DNA of 64,000 nucleotides from positions 160,001-224,000 of the forward strand of contig CAWABA010000001.1 in NCBI GenBank assembly GCA_963780185.1, read 5' to 3'. Made by a program: the position numbers and the translations under genes. Source of the DNA: Candidatus Bathyarchaeota archaeon. GTDB lineage: Archaea; Thermoproteota; Bathyarchaeia; Bathyarchaeales; Bathycorpusculaceae. The notes beneath the pieces were generated by a model that was given only the letters and a program-made list of their open reading frames with translations, had not been told where the DNA came from and made no database searches. Positions 11,301 to 19,703 of this stretch are shown here, piece after piece. How positions within the stretch are numbered: the first letter of the stretch is position 1; each line of letters starts with the position of its first letter.

Positions 11301-11658
11301 TTAGGGTTTTCTTCTTATCAGCAGCAGGTAAATTGCGAAGACCCAAGTCAACACAAAGTAGACAAGCAAGGTTAAAGCGACCAGTGCGTTGCTGAATCCT
11401 GCCACAACCAGCGTGTAGAGCGTGAAGGTTGAAGCAGCTACGAACAGGATGAATATTAGCCATGGAGCCCAACCGCGTTTTGTGAAGACGCCGTAGCCCA
11501 CAATTAGGCTTAAAATTCCAAGTAGCCCAAGCTGGGGTGCGTAGCCTGCGAACGGCAAGAGAAACTAGAAGGATAAGTCCGCTGAGCGCGTAGAAGGCTA
11601 ACGATATGAGTTCGATGCGGTTGAAGTTTTTCAGTCTAGACGCTAAAGCTAAAGTCAC
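11301..11658 (-). CDS. Small multi-pass membrane protein, apparent frameshift near 11560
   Basis: ORFs 11287..11658 and 11301..11558 join into a protein with about 4 hydrophobic helices. Confidence 0.7.
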
Positions 11659-11695
11659 TTTTTTCTCGCCTTTACCTAATGCATTAAACCTATAA

Positions 11696-12686
11696 CTAAT
11701 AAGTTTTTGCGGTAAAGAACAAGGAGCTAACGGGCTTTTTCCCTCTGCAAATGACGCCTCTCCGCCTAATCACGAAGACACTTCCCAGTCCAGCGGCAGC
11801 AACAATGGGCAAAACGACGAAGAGGCCAAATCTGAAGTTCGAGTCCGATGACGTTTGGGAAGGCGGTGTTGCAGGCGCTTTGGTCTCTACAGGCGCAGGC
11901 ATTCCGCTTGGGAAGATGCTGAAAGCCAGAGGGTTCACGAGTGGGTGGTTATCTTGGATTAAACTCTCGTAGCTGGAGTTGTAGCTGTAAGGCGTATCCC
12001 ATACTCCTGTTGAACCCAACTGCGACGCGTGCGGGTACCTTGCTGTGTATTCTGCCCAGTAGTTGCCGTCGACTGTTTCGTCGCCGCCTATCTCCAAGCT
12101 TACGCCGCCTGCCAAGTTGTTGTGTGTTATCGTGTTGCGGCTGCTGCAGAAGTGCATGTAGACTGCTGGGTCTCCGCTGATGGTGCAGTATGAGACGTTG
12201 TTGCCTCCGCATGCCCAGAAGAAGACCCCGCCTTGTAAGCCGCTTATCGGTGTTTGCGATGTAGTCGTTGCAGATTGTGTCGTTGCCGCCTCCGCTGGTG
12301 TTTATGCTGAAGTCGAAGTTTATTATTGCCAGATTCTTGATGGTGACGTTCCAGATGTTGTCTGGTCCCGGTATGCATGTCACGTTGTTTGAGAGGTCGA
12401 TTCCTGCGCTTCTCAGGATGCCGTCCCCGTTTAAGGCGTAACCTGCGCCGTCGATGATTATGTTGCTCCTGTGCACCAGGATGCCTCCTGAAAAGTTGCC
12501 TGTGAAAGTGTACACGTCGCCGTTTCGGGTCAGGGGCGCATCTGACGGTTGAAGGGTTCCGTCGGCGTTTATGCTGATGACGTTTGCGTTAGGCTGGGTT
12601 TGGATAGAATGTCCACATGGAAAAAACGCCAAGCTCAAAACGGCAAGAAACACAAAGGCGAAGACGGGTCTTTTCATGTCGGTCAC
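11696..12686 (-). CDS. Secreted right-handed beta-helix (NosD/CASH-like) surface protein with C-terminal TM anchor, apparent frameshift near 12240
   Basis: Signal peptide; INADG..P, NIIIDGAGYALNG, GNYW, DNHPL motifs; C-terminal TM plus RRR. Confidence 0.8.
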
Positions 12687-12827
12687 TGGCTTGATAGTTT
12701 GGGCGGCGTCTTATTACTCTCCCCGAGGAACGAAGATGTTCTGCCAAAAGAACACCCGCGTGACCTGCAAGCGAAAAAGCTTAGAACCCGTCTTGATGCA
12801 ATACACTCAGAAGAGGATTGAAATTTC

Positions 12828-13730
12828 ATGAGTTACCTCGAGTTGTTCGCTTCTCAAACAAACGTTTTCAGCGGTGTCCAGAAACCGTTTGAAAAGGCAA
12901 AATACGTGGTTTTCGGAGTACCCTTCGACTCAACCAGCACCTATCGCAACGGCGCAAGGTTCGCTCCCGCAAGCCATCAGGCAAGCATCCCAGAACATTG
13001 AAACGCTACAGTTTCCGCAGCGGAGTCGACGTTGAAGATTTGGCGTTGCATGACGCAGGCGACTTGGCTGCCTCTGATGGAAGCGGCGAAAACCGTTGAC
13101 ATGACCCGCCTTGTGGTCGACGAGCTTTTGGCGGCTGGCAAGGTTCCTGTGGCTTTAGGTGGGGAACACACGGTTACGCTTGGGGCTGCGAAAGGTTTAG
13201 GCGCCAGAGCGGAGAAAACGGCGATTGTAAGTTTTGATGCCCATCTGGATTTGCGCTGCGAATTTCTGGGTTCAAGCCTGTCTCATACGACGTTTATGCA
13301 GTTGATTTGCGAGGAAGTTAAGCCTGCGAAGATTGTTGAGGTTGGCACGCGGAGCGCCTGCAAGGAAGAGTTGGCTTACGCGAAGAAGGCAGGCGTCGAT
13401 TTTTTCACTTCCCAAGAAATCCTAAAGCAAGGCTCGCTGCTCATCGGGGAACAACTCAAAGAGAAGCTTCTGCCCTACGAGAACCTGTATTTGACAGTGG
13501 ATATGGATGTGCTTGACCCAGCGTATGCGCCAGCGGTGCAGAACCCTGAGCCTGAAGGAATCAGCACAACCCAGCTTATCGACCTTGTCTGCAGCCTATG
13601 CGACAAACGAGTCCTCGGGTTCGACGTAGTGGAGGTTGTGCCCATTTACGATCAGGGAATCTCAGCGATTGCAGCTGCAAAAGTAATATGCGAAATGCTG
13701 TGCCAACTGGAGAAATCAAGAAAAAAATAA
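12828..13730 (+). CDS. speB: Agmatinase (ureohydrolase family), apparent frameshifts near 12975 and 13070
   Basis: GVPFDSTSTYRNGARF at the 5' end, GGEH, DAHLD, DMDVLDP motifs. Confidence 0.9.
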
Positions 13731-13776
13731 TCGATTCCTGATTGCAGCATCAGGATCAACCAAAATTTTCAGGGCA

Positions 13777-14331
13777 TCAGATTTTTTTGGCTAGTTCTTC
13801 TGCCCATGCTTGAATGGCGTTGTGGTCTCTTGTGTCGTAGATTCCCGGTTCTGTTTCCTTGTAGGCAGCCGCTACCCTGGGTCTATCCATCGCCATGGCT
13901 TTTTTGGCGTACCACGGCACATTGTTGTAGTTGTAGACGCCGCCGAACAAGCCTAAAGCGATCGGGTGAAGGTTGTATTTGGCTGCTTTTTCATCGAGGT
14001 ATTTGCATTTGGCTTTTTCAGCTGCGTCGGGTTTTTGTTTGTCGGTTGCTGAGCCGCAACAGACGAAAAGCGCCAGCTTCTTGTTTGCGAGTTCTTTTTG
14101 GTGTTTCTTGAGGAAGTCTTCTGGCTCGCTTGTCCACCGATGCATCTGGATGCCGCTGCCAACGATAACAAGGTCATATGGGGCTATTTCCTTGATTTTT
14201 TGTTCTTTAGCGTTCACTACGTCGGTTTCTATGTTTTTTTGGCGCAAGATTTTAGCGATTTCCTCAGCTGTGCTGGCTGTGGCGCCATAACGGGTTCCGT
14301 ACACAATTAATGCTTTACCCAAGTTTAACAC
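13777..14331 (-). CDS. Flavodoxin-domain protein (HemG-like)
   Basis: IVYGTRYGAT FMN-binding loop, YDLVIVGSGI. Confidence 0.85.
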   Translation of the reverse strand: MLNLGKALIVYGTRYGATASTAEEIAKILRQKNIETDVVNAKEQKIKEIAPYDLVIVGSGIQMHRWTSEPEDFLKKHQKELANKKLALFVCCGSATDKQKPDAAEKAKCKYLDEKAAKYNLHPIALGLFGGVYNYNNVPWYAKKAMAMDRPRVAAAYKETEPGIYDTRDHNAIQAWAEELAKKI

Positions 14332-14446
14332 GGCATATGCTGTGTTGTTGGGTTTAGTTTAAAGAGCTTTACCTTTTTGCCGTGGCAGTAGCGCGTTGGA
14401 TTCTTATATTCTGAACAGCATAATTAGACGCTGAAGGCCTGCGGGT

Positions 14447-15025
14447 TTGGCTAAAGAATCAGAAATATCCGTCTTCACGATTGGGCATTCAACCCGAACG
14501 CTTGACGAGTTCATCGGTTTGCTCAAAACCTACTGCGTGACCTTAGTCGTTGACGTTCGCACGGTTCCCCGCAGCCGACACAACCCCCAATTCAACAAGG
14601 AAACCCTGCCTGCCAGCCTCAAACCCAGCGGCATACGCTACATTCACATGCCTGAAATCGGCGGCCTACGCCATCCAAAACGCGACAGCATCAACCTCGC
14701 ATGGAAAAACATGGGGTTTCGAGGCTACGCCGACTACATGCAAACCAAAGAATTCACCGACAACCTCCTAAAAATCGTCGCCCTCGTACGGGAAAACACC
14801 TTGGCGTTGATGTGTGCGGAAGCTTTGCCTTGGCGGTGCCACAGAAGCCTCATCAGCGACGCCCTCGTGGTACGCCACATAAAAGTGAAGCACATCATAA
14901 GCGCAACCAGCCTCATCAGCCACCAGCTATGCGAGATGGCGCAGGTAGAAGGCACAAAAATAACCTATCCTTTGTTCAGCAGAGAAATGCCGCAGAGGAC
15001 GCTGGGCGACTTTGGTTCAGGATAA
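14447..15025 (+). CDS. DUF488-family protein
   Basis: FTIGHS, DVRTVPRSR, LMCAE..WRCHR motifs. Confidence 0.9.
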   Translation: MAKESEISVFTIGHSTRTLDEFIGLLKTYCVTLVVDVRTVPRSRHNPQFNKETLPASLKPSGIRYIHMPEIGGLRHPKRDSINLAWKNMGFRGYADYMQTKEFTDNLLKIVALVRENTLALMCAEALPWRCHRSLISDALVVRHIKVKHIISATSLISHQLCEMAQVEGTKITYPLFSREMPQRTLGDFGSG

Positions 15026-15113
15026 ATTGTGCACTTTCTATGTTGTATTTTGTGTACTTTTTGCAACACAAGCCTTTTAAGTTTATTCGCCCCACTCATC
15101 AATGGGGTTGGTT

Positions 15114-15335
15114 ATGTCCACAACAATTACCATCCGCATTCCCAAAGACCTTAAAGAGAAAATGGATAAAACGCCTGCGGAATGGAGCCAAGAAGTCCGA
15201 ACCTTCATAGAAGCAAGAGTTAAACAGGCTGAAATGCTCCAAACCCTTGAAGAAATCGAGAAACGCGCAGACAAGAGAAAAACAAAGGTTGACTCAACCG
15301 TCCTAATACGGGAGGACAGAGAACGCCAAACCTAA
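15114..15335 (+). CDS. Antitoxin (RHH/CopG-like VapB)
   Basis: MSTTITIRIPKDLKEKM..WSQEVR RHH pattern; C-terminal STVLIREDRE typical of archaeal VapB. Confidence 0.8.
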   Translation: MSTTITIRIPKDLKEKMDKTPAEWSQEVRTFIEARVKQAEMLQTLEEIEKRADKRKTKVDSTVLIREDRERQT

Positions 15336-15772
15336 TCCTAGATTCAAACATCATCTCAAAACTAATCATCAGCGAACCCGGCTCAAAAGAAGCCCGAATC
15401 ACCATCGCCGCCTCCCTGAAAAAAGGGGTTGCCCTCTACACAGTTGACCTTGCCTTAATCGAGGGCTTAAACGTCATCTGGAAGCATGCCATGCTGCTTA
15501 AGGACCTAAAGATAGAAGAGATAAACTCCACGATAGAAGACCTAACCCGCGTATACGACGGCTTAAATGTTATCCCCGCCCGCGAACTAACCGTCGAATC
15601 AATGCAGGTAGCATTAAAACACAAGGTAAGCATATACGACGCCCTCTACATTGCCGCCGCAGAAAAAATAAACGGCACACTATACACTGCAGACCAAAAA
15701 CTCTTCAGCAGCGCGAAAGAGGTCACCAGCACAAAAATCCTCAAAGCCAGCCCAGACCTCGCGAACCTTTGA
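15323..15772 (+). CDS. vapC: PIN-domain toxin VapC (start codon unclear)
   Basis: Frame of ORF 15491 extends upstream to LILDSNII; SIYDALYIAAA and LYTAD PIN motifs. Confidence 0.85.
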   Translation, partial: TPNLILDSNIISKLIISEPGSKEARITIAASLKKGVALYTVDLALIEGLNVIWKHAMLLKDLKIEEINSTIEDLTRVYDGLNVIPARELTVESMQVALKHKVSIYDALYIAAAEKINGTLYTADQKLFSSAKEVTSTKILKASPDLANL

Positions 15773-15981
15773 AAGCCCAATAATTTGGTAACTTAATAGG
15801 GCTCAAGTAGGCTAGCTTAAGGAAGCCGAGTTCCGTCCAGCGAAATTTCACGTGGAAGGACCAAAAATAACCTTCGCACTTTACCTCAAAGGAACGCCAC
15901 AAAGAACTTTAAGCGATTTCGGGCAAAAATAACTTGGCTTTACTTGCCAAAACTTTTATGCTCATTTGCAGACTAAAGAGC

Positions 15982-16362
15982 ATGTCTACGCCTAAAGAAC
16001 GCGGCACGTTGATCGCGGTCTGGCTGCTTCTCTTGCTTGTGGTAAACTTGTTTGTTCTTCTTTTTTATTTGGCGTTAGCGATTTACCCATCTACTTTCAG
16101 CCTGCTAACCGCGATTATGCCCTTGTGGACACTTTATTTATTTGCCGCTCTCGCTGCATTTAACGTTGTTTGTGTTTGTTTTCTGTTCCTCTGGAAAAAG
16201 TGGGCTTTCTTCGGACTCTGCGGAAGCACGGCAGCAGCACTAGCAGCTAATTTGTATATTGGCGCAGGGCCCTACGCCGTTTCGGGAGTATTCGGAGTAG
16301 TCATTACATATTTGGTGATTCACGACAAATGGAACCTTTTCGATGATTTCTATCTAATCTGA
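15982..16362 (+). CDS. Hypothetical 4-TM membrane protein
   Basis: KERG.LI.VWL start, LFLWKKWAF, four hydrophobic segments. Confidence 0.7.
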   Translation: MSTPKERGTLIAVWLLLLLVVNLFVLLFYLALAIYPSTFSLLTAIMPLWTLYLFAALAAFNVVCVCFLFLWKKWAFFGLCGSTAAALAANLYIGAGPYAVSGVFGVVITYLVIHDKWNLFDDFYLI

Positions 16363-16396
16363 AGAAAGTGCTGAATTCAAGAATTTATTGAGCATG

Positions 16397-16469
16397 ATGG
16401 CGCAGGTTGAAGAAAAAAAATAACTACTTTATCAGCAAAGAAACACTACAAAGAACACTAGGCGACTTT
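16397..16469 (+). repeat. Degenerate copy of the DUF488 gene 3' end (14936-15013)
   Basis: atggcgcaggttgaa..aaaataac..cagcaaagaaa..ggcgacttt versus atggcgcaggtagaa..aaaataac..cagcagagaaa..ggcgacttt. Confidence 0.75.
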
Positions 16470-16583
16470 ACCGCAACTTGATTGCTTTAACTGATAAATA
16501 ATATTCTCAAGCCTTTATTTCATTTAGTAAAGCTAAAAAGCATTTGCTATAATTACGTTATAGAACAAAAAGGATGGTGCGCT

Positions 16584-17484
16584 ATGTTGGCTAATTATAC
16601 TCCAGCGGATTTTCGAATAAAACGAGGTATGCTACCAGCAGATGCATTCGCATATGGACCTAAAATCAATTATCTGCCAACTGATTTGATCGATGTAGAT
16701 ACATGGAATAGCATGACCAGTCTGCCTGATGATGTAAGTCTTCGTACATCCGGTGATTATGGTTCCACTTTAAAGCTTTATTGGAAAGCATGGGATGACT
16801 GGATTTGTTTAGCTATAGCTTTACAGGATATTGCCAATAAAGCATTCGACTCGCCAATTGCCAATTGTGCTACCGTAGGTATAGATGAGATTCAGGGGTC
16901 CATTTACAACGCACTCGTTGGTTTTTATCGCTTATCGTTTTCCGCATTAAGAAATATGGTTGAGCAGATTACGATAGGTCTTGCTCTTGAATTATCAGGG
17001 AACAATAAAATTTTTATGGAGTGGCTTAAGGGCGATACGGACCTTAAATTTGGTTGGGCTTCAGACCTCTTACTTCAGAATCAATCAATTCATAACCTGG
17101 AGGAAATGCTACTGCAAAGCATAGGTGACAGTCTTTTCCGACAAAAGACGAACTGATAACAAAGGCGGTTTTGCTCGCCGCTTATTTAGCGAATTGAGTC
17201 AGTTTACACATGGTAACCCAGAGTTTTCTAATGCAGATTTATGGGAAGGTAGTAACGGTCCAATTTTCGTGCCAAAATCTTTCAAAAGGTGGTCAATTAC
17301 ATTTTCTAAAGTATTTGCTCTCTGTGTTATCGAGGCTAAGCTTGCTAAACCTACCATCACAGTTTTAGGTGCTGGTTCAAAGCAAACTATTGACAATCTT
17401 TACAGTTTGTTACTTGGCAAAATTCCAGCAAAAGAAGATGGCTCTGCGATCTTTAAAGCGTTGATAGACTTGAAGATAATTTAA
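16584..17484 (+). CDS. AT-rich hypothetical protein, HEPN-like (DUF5677-like), apparent frameshift near 17150
   Basis: SALRNMVE and LFSELSQFTHG motifs; ORFs 16584..17156 and 17125..17484 overlap. Confidence 0.5.
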
Positions 17485-17534
17485 ACTTCAATTAGTTTAG
17501 CAGGAAGCTCAAGAAAAGAGAATTGAAAAAAAGG

Positions 17535-18881
17535 CTATTGTTTTTGTAGTTTTGCTATGAAGAATCCGTTGCATTGATGAACGTTCGGGTAAAGCCGCTG
17601 GCACTGGCTAAGTCCACGCAGCCCCGGCAGCCCCAGTTCAGGCTTGATTTCTGCCAAGCTAAATTCCGGGTGGTCTTTGAGGAACCGCTCGATGATTATT
17701 TCGTTTTCTTCAATCGTTATGCTGCATGTTGAGTAGATCATGACGCCGCCAGCCGCCACCATTTCCGCGCAGTTGTTAATCATGCTCCATTGGATGTCTG
17801 CCATTTTGCTGATTGATTTTTGGGTGATTCGCCATTTGGATGAGGGCTGCTTGGCGAAGATGCCCGTTCCCGTGCATGGCGGATCCAGAACTATCAGGTT
17901 TGCTTCGCCTGAAAACGGCAGGCTGACACATGCGCTGGCGATGATCGGCTCCGCGATTTTGGTTCCCATGCGACTGGTTTCCAGCTTCCACGTCTGCATC
18001 CTGCGCGCCGAAAAATCAACCGAGTAAATCGCGCCGTTGTTTCCCATTTGCTGGGCTAAGTAGGTTGTTTTGGCGCCTGGAGCCGCGCAAACATCGAAGA
18101 CGACGCTGCCTTCTTTGGGGTCGGCGACTTCTGTGGCAAAGCAGCTTGCCTTGTCTTGAACGTAGAATAATCCTTCTTTGTAGCTGGGTAGACTGTTCAG
18201 CGGCTGTTTGGTTTCGCACAATTTGTAGGTGAATTTTAGTGGCGACGCTTTTTCCAGTTTGACGCCTTCCGCATCAAGCTTTTGCACGATGGTTTCTTCG
18301 GTTGCGGCTAAAGTGTTGACTCGTAGGTAAGTGGGCGGCGGGTTCATGCTTCCCTGCAGAAAAGCTATGGCTTCGCTGCGTCCCATAAGGTTGAAGCAGT
18401 AGCGGACAAACCAAACAGGGTGGAAAGTGTCAAGGCTGGTCCGTTCCTCGTCGTCTGCTGCTTCCAGTATGGGTTCCAGTTGGCGTGTAAGCAGAAAACC
18501 AAGGTACTGCTCGACTTCGTGCAGGGTTTCCCAGCCGAGGATGGCTCTTCCCATGCTGGCGATTTGCTGGGCTTCTTGAAGGTTGACTTTTCCCCAGTTC
18601 TTCGCGACGCGGGTTTGGTAAACGTAAAGCCGAAGGAACGCTTGGATGCCGAGGTTGTAGTCGCTGATTTTTTTGGGTGCCACGACGGTGTTGACGAGTT
18701 TGTCGATGAGGTTTCGGCGTCTGGTGACTTCGACGACGAGTCCGTAGGCGTAGCGTATGGCGTTTGGGTCTTTTACGGCGAGTTGGTTTATGGTTTTGGT
18801 GAGGGCTAAGTGTTCGCTGAGTTTCTGCATTTCCATCCAGCTTAGGGTTTCAATGGCGACTGTCCAAGCATCCTTCAACAA
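17535..18881 (-). CDS. RsmB/NOP2/Sun-family RNA m5C methyltransferase with NusB-like N-terminus
   Basis: DVCAAPGAKT, LDPPCTGTG, YSTCS motifs. Confidence 0.92.
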   Translation of the reverse strand: MLKDAWTVAIETLSWMEMQKLSEHLALTKTINQLAVKDPNAIRYAYGLVVEVTRRRNLIDKLVNTVVAPKKISDYNLGIQAFLRLYVYQTRVAKNWGKVNLQEAQQIASMGRAILGWETLHEVEQYLGFLLTRQLEPILEAADDEERTSLDTFHPVWFVRYCFNLMGRSEAIAFLQGSMNPPPTYLRVNTLAATEETIVQKLDAEGVKLEKASPLKFTYKLCETKQPLNSLPSYKEGLFYVQDKASCFATEVADPKEGSVVFDVCAAPGAKTTYLAQQMGNNGAIYSVDFSARRMQTWKLETSRMGTKIAEPIIASACVSLPFSGEANLIVLDPPCTGTGIFAKQPSSKWRITQKSISKMADIQWSMINNCAEMVAAGGVMIYSTCSITIEENEIIIERFLKDHPEFSLAEIKPELGLPGLRGLSQCQRLYPNVHQCNGFFIAKLQKQ

Positions 18882-19436
18882 GTATATTCACGGATAGAAC
18901 AAGATACAGGAGCCTCTAAATAAGAATGCAACCACGATTTCCCGAATTCTTCCGCAATTTCCCTCTAAATTCGCTGGCAAGCCTAGAGGTTTTTCACCTT
19001 CGGCGTTTTCCATGTCTATGGTCTTTTTGGTGTCTTTACGCCTGAATCTAAGCCAGATTTAAGCCCTAAACAGAAAAATCAAATCAAATAAGCCGCAAAT
19101 AGAAGCGTTTTCCCAGTGTTTTATCGCCAAGCGGTTAGTCCCACAGACTTTTGATATATTACAAAACTTTCAAAGTTGAAACCGTCTTTTCCCTGCCGCC
19201 CTCAGCTCGAACCTGAAAAAGAACCAAACCCCAAACCAAAAAAGCAACCCGAAACAAGCCCCAAGCAAAAGCCGCCTACCGCGGGGAGGGGTCTACTATT
19301 TACATCGAAAAACCAAAGTAAATATGGGTTCAAGAAGATGACGAAAAAGCTGGGTGGATGAGTGTGTAACTTGGATTCTGCACACAGTGGTTTATGGCAC
19401 TTTCGTCTATTTGGTAGTTAAGCCAGAGTTGAGCGG

Positions 19437-19589
19437 ATGAGTCAAATACGCAGAATCACCCCGAAAACAAGAGCAGGTCAATACATGTGCCCAGAATGCG
19501 GCAAAATCTTCGAAAACAAAAAATCAGTCGACAGCCACATCTACAGCAAACATGAGCCCAGTTTGAAAAGCGCATGGAAACTTGCGTAG
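19437..19589 (+). CDS. Small C2H2 zinc-finger protein, 50 aa (not in ORF track)
   Basis: MSQIRRITPKTRAGQYMCPECGKIFENKKSVDSHIYSKHEPSLKSAWKLA*: C-x2-C-x3-F-x8-H-x4-H. Confidence 0.8.
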   Translation: MSQIRRITPKTRAGQYMCPECGKIFENKKSVDSHIYSKHEPSLKSAWKLA

Positions 19590-19703
19590 CTGCAAACCAT
19601 TTTTCCTGCGTTTTTCATCTGCGGCTTTAAGCTGCAATCTGCTGTTTTTTAGTCACTAAGGTTTTTAGTCTCAACTGCACCATAGAGGGGTAGGTCAAAT
19701 GGG

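Noticed and set aside
19260-19330. Replication origin ORB (G-string ggggagggg)
   Set aside because: No TCCA..GAAAC core, no repeated ORBs and no cdc6/orc1 nearby
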